DNA of 64,000 bases from Verrucomicrobiia bacterium (lineage in GTDB: Bacteria > Verrucomicrobiota > Verrucomicrobiia > Limisphaerales > UBA1319), in contig OY760937.1 in the NCBI GenBank assembly GCA_963664225.1, forward strand, positions 416,001 to 480,000. Direction: 5' to 3'. The translations under genes and the position numbers were made by a program. This document shows positions 19,483 through 29,653 of this stretch, piece after piece. Under the pieces are notes generated by a model, which did not search any database, was not told the DNA's origin, and worked only from the letters and a program-made list of their open reading frames with translations. Numbering within the stretch: the stretch's first letter is position 1; the number at the start of each line of letters is the position of its first letter.

Positions 19483-21072
19483 TTATAATTTTACAACGCG
19501 GACGTTCGTGATGTCAGCGTCCTTCTGTATCTCAGCCATCAATTCGGCGGGGGGCACGCTATCGAGATTGAGCACGGTGAGCGCCTGACCTCCGGCTTCA
19601 TTGCGGCTCAAGCTCATGCTGGCGATGTTGATGCCGTGTTTTCCCATGAGGGTGCCGACCTGGCCGACGATGCCGGGGCGATCCTTGTTGTTCATCAGGA
19701 AGAGAACACCATTGGGAACAATCTCCACCGGGCTGCTATTGATGCGCACAATGCGCGGATGATGGCGCGCGCTGAAGAAGGTGCCACCCGCGGAGACTTT
19801 GCTTTTCTCGTGGAAGGCGGTTACGTGCAGCCATTCGCTGAAGTCGGTTTCCTCGTTGGATTTAACCTCTTCGACGAGCAGCCCCAGCGTGTGGGCCTGC
19901 ATCAGGACATTGACGTGGTTGACGTCGGGACCGCAAACCGGCTCCAGGAATCCCTTGAGAATGGAACGTGTGATGGGATCCGTGGGCAGTTCATTGGCCT
20001 TGCCGCCGTAAGTGATGACGAGGCGTTCGTTGCGGGCGGGGGCCAGTTGTGCCAGGAGCTTGCCCAGTTTTTCACCGAGGCTGATGTAGGGTTTGACCAG
20101 CTCGAAGGTCTTTGCATCGAGGTTGGGCATGTTCACCGCGTTGCGGATTTCACCGGTGAGCAGGAAGCTGGTGATGGCCTCGGCCACTTCGATGCCGACG
20201 TTATCCTGCGCTTCGGAGGTGCTCGCGCCCAAATGCGGGGTCATGATGACCTGGGGCAGGTCACGCAACGGATACGCCGCCGGTGGCGGTTCCTGCATAT
20301 AGACGTCCATGGCCGCGCCGGCGACCTGGCCGCTTTGGATGGCGGCGGCGAGATCGGTTTCATCGATGATTCCGCCGCGCGCGCAATTGATCAGACGCAC
20401 GCCCTTTTTCATTTTCGCCATGGTGGCGGCGTTGATCATTCCCTTGGCCTGATCGGTCATGGGAATGTGGACGGTGATGAAATCACTGCGACCGTAAAGG
20501 GTATCGAGATCGACGACTTCGATCTGCATCGCCTTGGCGCGGGAGACGGCCAGATAAGGATCATAGCCGATGACTTTCATGCCGAAAGCCTGGGCGCGAC
20601 GGGCGACTTCGGAACCGATGCGGCCCAAACCGATGATGCCGATGGTTTTGTTATAAAGCTCTACGCCTGAAAAGGATTTGCGGTTCCATTCCCCGGCTTT
20701 CATGGACGCATTGGCCTGCGGAATCTTGCGGGCCAGCGACATGAGCATGGAGAAGGTGAGTTCGGCAGTGGAGATGGTGTTGCCGCCGGGGGTGTTCATG
20801 ACGACCACGCCGTGCTGTGTGGCGGCCTCAACGTCCACATTGTCAACGCCCACGCCTGCGCGACCGACGACTTTCAATTTTGGGGCGGCCTCGATGACCT
20901 TGCGGGTAATCTTGGTTTCTGAACGCACGACGAGTGCAGACATCTCGCCAACCAGGGGAAGAAGCTCTTCCTCGGTGTGTTTGCGGTTGAGGACACTGAC
21001 TTTGAACTCAGACCGTTGTTGCAGTAAAGCAATGCCTTTTGGTGATACGGGATCGCAAACTAATATGTTCAT
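19483..21072 (-). CDS. serA: D-3-phosphoglycerate dehydrogenase with C-terminal ACT domain
   Basis: GRAGVGVDNVD, GLGRIG, NCARGG, TPHLGAST and C-terminal NKDRPG ACT motif. Confidence 0.96.
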   Translation of the reverse strand: MNILVCDPVSPKGIALLQQRSEFKVSVLNRKHTEEELLPLVGEMSALVVRSETKITRKVIEAAPKLKVVGRAGVGVDNVDVEAATQHGVVVMNTPGGNTISTAELTFSMLMSLARKIPQANASMKAGEWNRKSFSGVELYNKTIGIIGLGRIGSEVARRAQAFGMKVIGYDPYLAVSRAKAMQIEVVDLDTLYGRSDFITVHIPMTDQAKGMINAATMAKMKKGVRLINCARGGIIDETDLAAAIQSGQVAGAAMDVYMQEPPPAAYPLRDLPQVIMTPHLGASTSEAQDNVGIEVAEAITSFLLTGEIRNAVNMPNLDAKTFELVKPYISLGEKLGKLLAQLAPARNERLVITYGGKANELPTDPITRSILKGFLEPVCGPDVNHVNVLMQAHTLGLLVEEVKSNEETDFSEWLHVTAFHEKSKVSAGGTFFSARHHPRIVRINSSPVEIVPNGVLFLMNNKDRPGIVGQVGTLMGKHGINIASMSLSRNEAGGQALTVLNLDSVPPAELMAEIQKDADITNVRVVKL

Positions 21073-21159
21073 AAGCTGGGCCGAGCTTATGCAACGCGGC
21101 CCAGTTGGTCAAATCATTCGACAACGATTCCGCAAAAAAATCGTTATCGAAGGGGGGAG

Positions 21160-22677
21160 TTACCGTTTCGCCGAATCCTGCAAGGCGAGCTTGTCCAAAA
21201 TCGGATTCAACGCAGCCACCCATTTGGCGTATCCAATGGCGTTGGGATGCAGCAAATCAGGGAATTCCTCTTTCTTGGCCGCACCCTCGTCATTGGCGAA
21301 GATTCTCCAGGTATCGCACAGGGTGATGCGGGGATCGCCATGAGCCAATTCATAGAGGCGTTGGTTGACCTCGAGGATTTTGATGGGGAAACGGCCGGGT
21401 TCGATCGCCCTGGGCATCACACGGCACAAAACGATGGGCAGGTGCGGATCGGAGGCTTCAATCGCCTTGATAATGGCCTGCATATTGACTTCCACATCGG
21501 CGGGATTGCCACCCAGGCCCAGGTCGTTTGTGCCAATGAGGATTACAATGGCCGAGGGGTGAAGGTCCAGAACGTCCTCCTGGAGCCGGTAAAGCACGCC
21601 GCGGGTGGTGTCGCCACTGATGCCGCGATTGGCCACCTTCAAATTGGGAAAATCCTTGGCCAGACTGTTCCAACCGTGCGTGATGGAGTCTCCCAGGAAA
21701 ACAACAGCGCCTTTGTCATTGTCGCGATTGCGATACCACTCCAGACGGCGCTGCTTCCAGAGGTTTTTAAACCAATCGGCATTCTGCAAAGGCCCTTTGC
21801 CGGGGAACATATCATCGCCAGGCCATTGGGCGGCCTTGGGCAGGACAGGCACCGGCGTTTTCAGCGTGTAGGAGTCGGGTGTGCCCAGACGCTGGGCGAA
21901 CATCCAGGGCAGGAATTCAGGTTCGGCAAAGGCGGTGCCCCAGGCGTTGTGGCCCAGGCCGAAATACTCGAAATACTTAGGCTGGCCACCGGCGGCGCGC
22001 ATGGCTTTGACCATGTTTTGTGTGCGGCGAACCTTGACGACCGGATCGTCCTCCGAATGGAAGGCCCAAACCGGGGCCTTGGCCACGGCGGGAGTGACGG
22101 TTTTCTCATCGCCGCCGCCGCAAATCGGAGCGCCTGCGGCAAACCGATCTGGAAAACGGGTCATGCAGTCCCATGTGGCATAGCCGCCCATGGAAAGGCC
22201 GGTCACATACACGCGCGCGGGATCGACGCTGAATTCCTTTTCCGCCGCATCGAGGATTTGCAGCGCCAGTTGCATGGCGGCGCTGGGCTGTTCGGGACGT
22301 GTTCCCGAATCGGTGCCCCAGGCCATATCCACCCATTGCTGATTATCCGGGCATTGGGGGGCGATCACGAAGGTGGGGAACTGTTCCCGGACCTCGGGTT
22401 TTAAGAAGAGGGAAGTTCCATGAACGAGCTGTTTTTCGTTATCCGTTCCACGCTCGCCAGCGCCGTGGAAGAACAGGACGAGGGGATACTTTTTGTCCGG
22501 CTGATAATTGGCCGGGGACAGGATCCGGTAGGGCATCGTCTGGCCCTGGCTGTTGGTAAATACCCGTGCCTGGTAGCCGGTCTGGGCTCCGGCGCCAGGT
22601 GTCAGAATTGTCAGGACTGCGCAGAGGCAGGCCCAGACAAAGCCGCGAAAATGCGATGTTAAGAATTTGGTTTTCAT
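21160..22677 (-). CDS. Secreted two-domain esterase: alpha/beta hydrolase plus SGNH/GDSL hydrolase
   Basis: HGAGERG, GLSMGG, HSEDD and GHNAW, followed by GDSIT, NRGISG, GTND and DLLHP. Confidence 0.88.
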   Translation of the reverse strand: MKTKFLTSHFRGFVWACLCAVLTILTPGAGAQTGYQARVFTNSQGQTMPYRILSPANYQPDKKYPLVLFFHGAGERGTDNEKQLVHGTSLFLKPEVREQFPTFVIAPQCPDNQQWVDMAWGTDSGTRPEQPSAAMQLALQILDAAEKEFSVDPARVYVTGLSMGGYATWDCMTRFPDRFAAGAPICGGGDEKTVTPAVAKAPVWAFHSEDDPVVKVRRTQNMVKAMRAAGGQPKYFEYFGLGHNAWGTAFAEPEFLPWMFAQRLGTPDSYTLKTPVPVLPKAAQWPGDDMFPGKGPLQNADWFKNLWKQRRLEWYRNRDNDKGAVVFLGDSITHGWNSLAKDFPNLKVANRGISGDTTRGVLYRLQEDVLDLHPSAIVILIGTNDLGLGGNPADVEVNMQAIIKAIEASDPHLPIVLCRVMPRAIEPGRFPIKILEVNQRLYELAHGDPRITLCDTWRIFANDEGAAKKEEFPDLLHPNAIGYAKWVAALNPILDKLALQDSAKR

Positions 22678-22898
22678 ACTGAGTATGCCCGTGAGGATAT
22701 GCCTTGCGGATTTTGAAAAGCGAGAAGATTTGACCGCAAGCTCCGCACGCTGGTTTTGTTGTTACCACAAAGCCGATTTAAAAACAGCGCACCGCCATGG
22801 CTGTTTTTCACACTCCCGTTATTTGTCGTACTCATTTAGGTTGGGGATGGCCATAACACGGCTTGACCGCACCTCCTGTACAGATAACTTTCTTGCAT

Positions 22899-23168
22899 AT
22901 GAAAACACCAATCGCAGTGGCGTTGATCGTGATGGGCGGTTTTCTTGTCATGACCCCTGCAGTGTCCGATCTCTTTTACCAGCGGAACGTCGTCGCCTTG
23001 ATGTCGCAGCCCGGCATCAACAGGGTTACCTTGGACGGCAGGATGGGAGACGCCTATCGGTTTGCCTGCTGGCTGACCGGCAGTGCCATGATTGCGGCGG
23101 CGGTGAAATTCTCTTTCGTCGGAGGGAAGGCTTCCGTCCAGGAAGAAATGGTTGGAAGAGCAGCTTAA
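22899..23168 (+). CDS. Small membrane hypothetical protein
   Basis: Two hydrophobic segments; preceded by TTGACC-N16-TAACTT-N8-ATG. Confidence 0.6.
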   Translation: MKTPIAVALIVMGGFLVMTPAVSDLFYQRNVVALMSQPGINRVTLDGRMGDAYRFACWLTGSAMIAAAVKFSFVGGKASVQEEMVGRAA

Positions 23169-23244
23169 GAACCCGGGCTCGTGGCTTGTGCCGGGTGGTA
23201 GTGCGATTGCACCGCCGACAGACAGATTGAATCAAGGGGCGTAT

Positions 23245-23550
23245 ATGAACCTGAAACGATATTCATTGTTTGCATTGGCTTTCCTGGTGCTGGATTGGGG
23301 ATGGGGGATGGCCCAGGTTCGCGGCCTTGTGCCGTTGTGGTCAACGGCCGTGTTGAACTTCCCATTCGGCCTGCCATTCACATGGCTTGAATATCATTGG
23401 GCGGGCACACGCTACTCTGTCGCAGGCCACACGGTTGACGAGTTGTGGTCCATGGGTTTGTTCTTCTTTATGATTCTGGCGCAGGCCGCGCTCTATTGTT
23501 CCTTGTTCGGATACTGGCAGGCCAGACGCCGGAAAACTGCCAGAGCTTGA
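23245..23550 (+). CDS. Small membrane hypothetical protein
   Basis: Three hydrophobic segments and a basic C-terminus; AAGGGG upstream of ATG 23245. Confidence 0.6.
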   Translation: MNLKRYSLFALAFLVLDWGWGMAQVRGLVPLWSTAVLNFPFGLPFTWLEYHWAGTRYSVAGHTVDELWSMGLFFFMILAQAALYCSLFGYWQARRRKTARA

Positions 23551-23590
23551 ATTGCTCAGGCATTATCCATTTCAATGGCAGCTCAGGCCC

Positions 23591-24994
23591 TTATTTCGCG
23601 GCCACATCCAGGCAGATCATTTTATTGAGATCGCGCAGGATGAGGCGTCCTGCAGTCAGGGCCATGGGACCCCAGGAATCGGGGCCTTCGAGCACTTTGG
23701 CCTGGGCCAGTTGTTTGTAGCCCGTGGTGCTGGTTTCGGCCATGGTCAGCAGCCCGTTGTCGTTCATCATGTAAATCACTTCTTTGGTGAAGAGGAACGG
23801 CCCGTTTCCAAAGCGGTGCGCGGGTCCGCTCTCCCAGACGGGTTTGCCGGTCAAATCAATGCACGCGAACTGGCCATCGGGCCGGATGCCGAACAGGTGG
23901 TTGTCAAAGAGCACCGGTGTGTGCTGCGTGGCGCCGAACACGGCGGGCTTGAGACGATAGGCAATCTCCGGCTTGATTTTGGCGCCATCGGCTTTGAGCT
24001 GAAACATGGCCGCGCCGGCGTTGTAGCCGCCGCTCAGGAAGACGCGGCCTTCACCGACGGGCACGGGGGAGGGGACGGTCGCAATGCTGATTTTCCAATC
24101 TGGCGAGTCCCAGAGCAGAGCGCCATCCTTGGCGGACACGGCGGAAACACCGCCGCTGCCGCAATAGACGTACATCCGCTGGCCGTTGAATTCCATCGGC
24201 ATCAGTGAGGAATGCGTCATCAGCCAGTTATTCGGATTGGGCGATTTCCAAACGGTTTTTCCAGTGGCGCAATCCACCGCCACAACCAGCGCGTCTCCGC
24301 CGGGGGCCAGGATCAGTTTGTCGCCATCGATCAGCGGACACTGGCCCGCATACCAGGGGGGAACCTCGGCGTTGAACTCCTTGACCATGTCGAGCATCCA
24401 ATGGAGTTCACCCGTGATGGGATCCAGGCAGGTGACATGGCATTTGGGGCCGATGCTGATGACATATTTGTCTGTGACCACGGGAATGGTTCGCGTCATG
24501 CCGTGGTTGCGTTTCACCTTCACGGGGTAGGTGAAGCGCCAGATCTCGCGACCGTCATCCAGGGAGAGACAACGGAGGGCGTCCGCCGATTTTTCGCGAT
24601 CGTAATCCATCACATAGACGCGCCCATTCCAGATGGCGGCTCCGGCAAAACCCTCGCCCACATCCGCCGACCACAGGACCTTGGGACCGGCGGCGGGCCA
24701 GGTTTTGGCCAGAGGGGTGGGGTCCGTGACGATATTATCGAGGTTAGTGCCGCGAAAGCGGGGCCAGGCTCCGGCAATGGTGGAGGGAACGCCGTTGGAC
24801 TTGATAAGGTGGCCTTCAAGCTTCGCTTCAGGAGCGCCGGGGGCGCCGGTGGAATCCGCGCGATCGGCTCCCGGTATGCGCTCTGTCAACACCCGCGGCT
24901 GACCACCGCCGGTCAGCCACCAGGCCAGGAGCAGGGCGGCTCCAACCAACGCGACCCCGGCGGGCAACCACTTGATAAACCGTGAGTTATTCAT
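23591..24994 (-). CDS. PQQ-binding-like (BamB-type) beta-propeller protein
   Basis: WPRFRG motif and repeated D/A-x-x-T/D-G-x-x-x-W blades; N-terminal membrane anchor. Start placed at MNNSRF. Confidence 0.85.
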   Translation of the reverse strand: MNNSRFIKWLPAGVALVGAALLLAWWLTGGGQPRVLTERIPGADRADSTGAPGAPEAKLEGHLIKSNGVPSTIAGAWPRFRGTNLDNIVTDPTPLAKTWPAAGPKVLWSADVGEGFAGAAIWNGRVYVMDYDREKSADALRCLSLDDGREIWRFTYPVKVKRNHGMTRTIPVVTDKYVISIGPKCHVTCLDPITGELHWMLDMVKEFNAEVPPWYAGQCPLIDGDKLILAPGGDALVVAVDCATGKTVWKSPNPNNWLMTHSSLMPMEFNGQRMYVYCGSGGVSAVSAKDGALLWDSPDWKISIATVPSPVPVGEGRVFLSGGYNAGAAMFQLKADGAKIKPEIAYRLKPAVFGATQHTPVLFDNHLFGIRPDGQFACIDLTGKPVWESGPAHRFGNGPFLFTKEVIYMMNDNGLLTMAETSTTGYKQLAQAKVLEGPDSWGPMALTAGRLILRDLNKMICLDVAAK

Positions 24995-25353
24995 ATTTAA
25001 CACGCATACGGGCCAATCCATCGAATCCGATCCGTTAACAGGAGGCGCGTGCAGGTTTTCGCTGCGGCCTTCGATCAAAATTCAGCATGGTTTCAATCGG
25101 ATTAACGCATGGAACAATGCCATCATAGTGGAAAGCCTGGCCGCGAGTGTCAAAGCATAATGAAACAGCCCGCGTGTGCCATTAAGTCCCGGTGAACGGC
25201 ATCAAGAATTCAGAATTCCGGGGCTGGGCGGACCAGCCACGAAGAGGGCAGGGCGGGAGATGAATATTTCGAGCTTTTTTTGAGACTCAGTCTTGATTAT
25301 TTTGAAGGCTTTCCACACACTATTCTCGAAAGGGTATATAATTTAATAAAAGT

Positions 25354-26346
25354 ATGAGCTTGAGTCCCATTCGTGTCGCGGTGACCGGTGCTGCCGGTCA
25401 AATTGGTTATGCATTGTTGTTCCGGATCGCCTCCGGCGCCATGTTCGGCCCAAACCAGCCGGTTATTCTCCACCTGATCGAAATCGAGCCCGCCTTGCCG
25501 ACTCTCAAGGGAGTGGTGATGGAACTGGACGATTGCGCTTTTCCGCTTCTCCAGGGCATTGTGCCCACAGCCAGCCTGGATGAAGGTTTCAAGAATGTGA
25601 ATTGGGCGCTCCTGGTGGGCAGCGTGCCCCGCAAACAGGGAATGGAACGCAAGGACCTGTTGGGCATCAACGGCAAGATCTTCATCGGCCAGGGCAACGC
25701 CATTGCGAAGAACGCCGCCAGCGATGTGCGCGTGCTCGTGGTGGGAAATCCCTGCAACACCAACTGCATGATCGCCATGAACAACGCGCCGTCGATTCCG
25801 TCCGACCGCTGGTTCGCCATGACGCGTCTGGACGAAAACCGCGCCAAGGCGCAACTGGCCCAAAAGGCCGGTGTGGCCACGACCGCCGTCAGCAAGGTGG
25901 CCATCTGGGGCAACCACTCCGCCACCCAGTATCCTGACTTTTACAGCGCCCAAATCAATGGCAAGTCCGCCGCCACGGTCATCACAGACGAGGCGTGGCT
26001 CAAGGGCGAATTCCTGGCGACCGTGCAGCAACGCGGCGCAGCCATCATCAAGGCGCGCGGATCCTCCAGCGCGGCCAGCGCGGCCAATGCGGCAGTCGAT
26101 ACCGTGGCGTCCATCGTAAACCCCACGCCCGCAAATGATTGGCACAGCGTCTGCGTCTGTTCGGACGGCAGCTATGGCGTCGAGAAGGGCTTGATCAGCT
26201 CCTTCCCCATCCGCAGCAACGGATCGAAGTGGGAAATCGTTCAGGGCGTTGAGGTTAATGAATTCAGCCGCGCGAAGATCGATGCGTCGGTCAATGAACT
26301 GAAAGAGGAGAAGGCCATGGTGGCCGATCTTCTGCCCAAGAAGTAA
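25354..26346 (+). CDS. mdh: Malate dehydrogenase (dimeric type)
   Basis: [35 protein letters not shown] and [11 protein letters not shown]. Confidence 0.97.
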   Translation: MSLSPIRVAVTGAAGQIGYALLFRIASGAMFGPNQPVILHLIEIEPALPTLKGVVMELDDCAFPLLQGIVPTASLDEGFKNVNWALLVGSVPRKQGMERKDLLGINGKIFIGQGNAIAKNAASDVRVLVVGNPCNTNCMIAMNNAPSIPSDRWFAMTRLDENRAKAQLAQKAGVATTAVSKVAIWGNHSATQYPDFYSAQINGKSAATVITDEAWLKGEFLATVQQRGAAIIKARGSSSAASAANAAVDTVASIVNPTPANDWHSVCVCSDGSYGVEKGLISSFPIRSNGSKWEIVQGVEVNEFSRAKIDASVNELKEEKAMVADLLPKK

Positions 26347-26375
26347 TTCGTTTTCGAAGCATTCATTGCTTTTAG

Positions 26376-26406
26376 AAAAGGCCGGGGAAAGTTCCCCGGC
26401 CTTTTT
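26376..26406 (+). terminator. Intrinsic terminator of mdh
   Basis: AAAAGGCCGGGGAA-AG-TTCCCCGGCCTTTTT. Confidence 0.85.
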
Positions 26407-26610
26407 CGTTCAACCGGTTGACCACGGGTTGACTGCTGGTCAACGAAGGCAGAGAGCGGAGGGCGGAGGGCGGAGGGCAAACCAGAGGTCAACGAAAAAG
26501 CATCGGTAGTCCATGGTCCATGGTCAAAAAACGCCAGGAGCCAAGAGCAAAGGTCAGCGGGCCGAGGAAATGGATAATGGACAACGTTAATGCATGTGAG
26601 TTGACAGAGC

Positions 26611-26701
26611 GAGACAACGTGGTCATTAAAACACATTGCCGTCCGGGCAGGGTAGGGGCGTTCCATGAGCGCCAATGCCACGCTGCCCTGTAGGAAGAAA
26701 G
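26611..26701 (+). pseudogene. Short degenerate coding remnant (HTH-like tail of a putative Y1/RAYT-type transposase); inverted second copy at 48573-48663
   Basis: Translates ETTWSLKHIAVRAG*GRSMSANATL, with an internal stop; DNA clearly similar to the reverse complement of 48573-48663. Confidence 0.45.
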
Positions 26702-26779
26702 CGACCGCTGCGGTGGGCTAAATCGTCAAGATATATGTTGACATATATCTGGAATTCTATCTATCAAAGTGATCGTCGG

Positions 26780-28051
26780 TTAAAATTTTGCAGCCTCCTG
26801 AAAGAGGCGTTCCTGGATTTCCTCAACTGCTTTCGCAGGGCGGTCGCAGTTAAAGAACATAATCACTCCGACGCCGTCTTCTGGACGGAAAAGCATTTCG
26901 GTCGCAATACCGGGATCATCTCCACCATGGCCCCAGGTCACATCTCCGTTTTTCAGCCTCCCTTTCCTCCAGCATAACCCTCGCCCGAAGTGCTCGACGG
27001 AGAGCATGGTCTGGATGGTTTCTTTTTTTAGGAGTTGTTTATTTCCATAGGCACCGTCCTTGATGCAGGCCCTCAGAAACAGGGACAGGTCCCGGACGCT
27101 CGTGCGGATCAATCCATCCGGGTAGTTGGGGAAACTGTAAAGGCAATGAGCAAGATGCACTCCCGTTCTTAAGGGCTGTCTGTCCATGGGGTATCTGGGA
27201 AGCAGAGTTTCTAAGGTTTTTCCTTCCGGCAATTTAAAATCCTTCGGAATATAAGTATAGGGGATCGCATGATCCGCAATGTTCAAATCTGCCAGATACC
27301 ATTGCGTGCTTTTCATCCCCAAAGGGGTGAAAATATATCCCTTGCAGTAATGGGCAAAATCCTCTCCCGATATAACCTCGACAAGGTAACCCAGAAGCCC
27401 AAATGCCACGTTGCTATAAGCCCCCTTCGCCCCGGGTTTCCAAGTGTGGAAATTTTCCTTTTCGCCATAATATTTGCCCCCTGGCGCCAGATAGCCTTTT
27501 ATCCAGTCTTTGAGGGGGATCGTGGGATCTCCGCAGGCATAGCTGGCGTCGTACGATGGACCGTCCTCGATGGATGACCTGTGCGTCAGAAGCTGCTCGA
27601 AAGTGATGGGATTGTCAGGAAAGTGAGGATTCCGCACTCGAAATGGCAGGTATTTGTTCACGTCGTCGTCCAGCTTGAACCTGCCCCGCTCCCAGAGCTG
27701 CATGACCGCAGTGGCCGTGATTGTTTTTGAGGCCGAACCTATGTTCAGAATCGTCCGGTCGGTCATCGGGGTCTTGTTCTCAATATCAGCCCAGCCGAAG
27801 CCCCGGCTCCAAACCAGCCTGTCATTTTTGACAATGCAGGCACTCAGGCCAGGAACGTTATCGGCTCTGAGTTTTTCCTGGATGAACTCATTCAAGCTCT
27901 GAGACTTGCCAGGAATCAAGCGTGCGACCCCATTGGTGCCCTCGCTGATCCTGAGCTGATCAAGGCCGAAGGTTGCGCACGGCGCGAGGCTGATTCCAGC
28001 CAGACAGCACACCATGACAATCAGCCTGGGGTGATAACTTTTGCAGGACAT
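26780..28051 (-). CDS. Serine hydrolase, beta-lactamase class C/AmpC-like family
   Basis: SxxK (SASK), LLTHRSS, YSN and HGG motifs; signal peptide. Start placed at ATG 28051, just downstream of a TTGACA box. Confidence 0.88.
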   Translation of the reverse strand: MSCKSYHPRLIVMVCCLAGISLAPCATFGLDQLRISEGTNGVARLIPGKSQSLNEFIQEKLRADNVPGLSACIVKNDRLVWSRGFGWADIENKTPMTDRTILNIGSASKTITATAVMQLWERGRFKLDDDVNKYLPFRVRNPHFPDNPITFEQLLTHRSSIEDGPSYDASYACGDPTIPLKDWIKGYLAPGGKYYGEKENFHTWKPGAKGAYSNVAFGLLGYLVEVISGEDFAHYCKGYIFTPLGMKSTQWYLADLNIADHAIPYTYIPKDFKLPEGKTLETLLPRYPMDRQPLRTGVHLAHCLYSFPNYPDGLIRTSVRDLSLFLRACIKDGAYGNKQLLKKETIQTMLSVEHFGRGLCWRKGRLKNGDVTWGHGGDDPGIATEMLFRPEDGVGVIMFFNCDRPAKAVEEIQERLFQEAAKF

Positions 28052-28094
28052 GAGATTCAACCTTTGCGTTCGGGGAGGTTCTGTCAATGCCATT
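28030..28094 (-). repeat. Repeat A copy 1 (promoter plus first codons); copy 2 at 29463-29527
   Basis: 65 bp, 58/65 identical by manual alignment; contains minus-strand TTGACA and ATG TCC TGC. Confidence 0.9.
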
Positions 28095-28272
28095 TGGCTC
28101 GCTGGAGAAATTCAGGATTCAGGGTGTTCATTTAAGGCCACATTCAGCGATTCTTTTCATCGTCCATGTGAGACCATATCCAGACCATACTATGGGTGAA
28201 CCCCTTTTAACCCATTTCTGGACCCATGTGAGGCCAGAACCGCATAAAATTATGCGGCGAACCCCTTTTTAA
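28093..28272 (+). repeat. Repeat B copy 1 with tandemly doubled end (CCATGTG...ACCCCTTTT twice); copy 2 at 31889-32005
   Basis: 28093-28170 versus 31889-31966: 66/78 identical; all three tails end in ACCCCTTTT. Confidence 0.85.
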
Positions 28273-28285
28273 CTTTATGATATTA

Positions 28286-29320
28286 TCAATTCGTTTTTTT
28301 GTATGAGCGTCGATACCACAATGTCAAACCGCCCACGCCAGCTAACGCCAGCAAGCTTATGATCGCAATTCGATCGTGTTTTGTGTCTCGTTTTGGTTGC
28401 ATCATAAAAGCAGGCTTAAAATTGTTGCCAATTAACGAATAGGACAGATCGTTCGTCCAAAAGGTGTAATTTCGTTCCATCTTACTGTTGGCGAACATCC
28501 CAGGTATATAGCCATCCTTCTCCAACTGGTCATTTGTGCCCATTGTCAGCGACACAAACTCGTAACGCATTACCTTATCACCGTATTTCTTAACGAATAT
28601 GACCGGTATGCCGGTTGTTTCCGGTTTGTATTCGTACGTAACAGAGGCTCCTTTGAAGTCGCCATCTTGGGAGTATTTCATGGAAGCAGGAAGTCCATTG
28701 GAACCGAGCGATAATTTACCTTTCGCGGACCCGGTTTTAAAGGCATTTCCTCTAGAATCGACCTTTGTCGCAACCGTCGCTGTAAATTGCAAACCGTCCC
28801 ATTTTATAGGCGACTCCCGAATGGACAAAACATCAAGTTGACGAGGAAGCCCGAGAGAAAGCGCGCTGAACATCAAATTGCGGTAATAATCGCCATATTT
28901 GTCAGGAACGCTGCCTCGAGCGGTGGCTTTGTCCGCGATATGGAAATCCTTGTCGCCAACAGTCCAGAGTTGCGTATAGGTGGCTCCGCACACTGATGTA
29001 TTTGATTCGGACGGAATAAATTTGGAGGGATCCTGCTTGTCTGGTTTAAGAAGTTGCGCATACCAAGTGTCGCCCTGATACCCAAAGCGCCACCATTCCT
29101 CATTTAACAAAGTGCCGTCCGTCTTCGAATACTTTCGATATACGACGGCCTCTTTTATAAGCACACTGCCGTTAACGAACCGTTGGAAATTCTGGAGGTT
29201 TGCATCCGCAACCTGTGCAAGGACCAACGGGGTATGGAGCAGAAGGACAATCGCAATCATAAACACAACTGACATGTTTTGATTGGCCCTTTGTCTGTTG
29301 AATGTAATCCGTTTCTTCAT
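28286..29320 (-). CDS. Low-GC hypothetical exported protein with C-terminal transmembrane anchor and basic tail
   Basis: AAGGAGG Shine-Dalgarno before ATG 29320; signal-peptide-like segment; C-terminus RIAIISLLALAGVGGLTLWYRRSYKKTN. Confidence 0.75.
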   Translation of the reverse strand: MKKRITFNRQRANQNMSVVFMIAIVLLLHTPLVLAQVADANLQNFQRFVNGSVLIKEAVVYRKYSKTDGTLLNEEWWRFGYQGDTWYAQLLKPDKQDPSKFIPSESNTSVCGATYTQLWTVGDKDFHIADKATARGSVPDKYGDYYRNLMFSALSLGLPRQLDVLSIRESPIKWDGLQFTATVATKVDSRGNAFKTGSAKGKLSLGSNGLPASMKYSQDGDFKGASVTYEYKPETTGIPVIFVKKYGDKVMRYEFVSLTMGTNDQLEKDGYIPGMFANSKMERNYTFWTNDLSYSLIGNNFKPAFMMQPKRDTKHDRIAIISLLALAGVGGLTLWYRRSYKKTN

Positions 29321-29462
29321 GTCGAATCCTCCTTTGGCGTTGAGTAAAAGGTTCAAAAACTGAAACCCTGGGCCGGGGTCAAACTTAATATTTTGATCCT
29401 CCCATCCATCATGCATCCGCCTAAGGCTCGGTATCCGGAGGGAAAGTCAAATTGCGGGCCTT

Positions 29463-29527
29463 GGTGATATCTTTCGCAGGACATGAGGCTCAACATTTGC
29501 CTTTGGGGAGGTTCTGTCAATGCCATT
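29463..29527 (-). repeat. Repeat A copy 2
   Basis: Direct repeat of 28030-28094. Confidence 0.9.
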
Positions 29528-29598
29528 CTGGAAAAGTACAGGGGAAGGATAACCGCAAAGAACGCATAGAAAACAGAAAAATAGGCGGAGAAGAAGGG

Positions 29599-29653
29599 GC
29601 CACAGATTCACATGGAGCAACACAGATTTGGAACATCGGAGGAAATTCATCCG
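29599..29653 (+). repeat. Repeat C copy 1; copy 2 at 33764-33817
   Basis: GCCACAGATTCACATGG[A/G]GCAACACAGATTTGGA[A/G]CATCGGAGGAAAT(T)CATCCG: 2 substitutions and 1 indel. Confidence 0.92.

Noticed and set aside
26452..26528. Heptamer runs (AGGGCGG x2-3; GTCCATG x2)
   Set aside because: Too short to assign any function; common intergenic micro-repeats.
26780..28051. Antibiotic resistance gene calls (beta-lactamase here; cat/vat at 49036)
   Set aside because: Only family-level motifs; the context suggests general hydrolase and glycan acetylation roles.
28150..28272. Possible CRISPR array or integron attC sites
   Set aside because: Only two degenerate units, no constant repeat-spacer period, no RYYYAAC/GTTRRRY pairing, and no cas or intI gene in the window.
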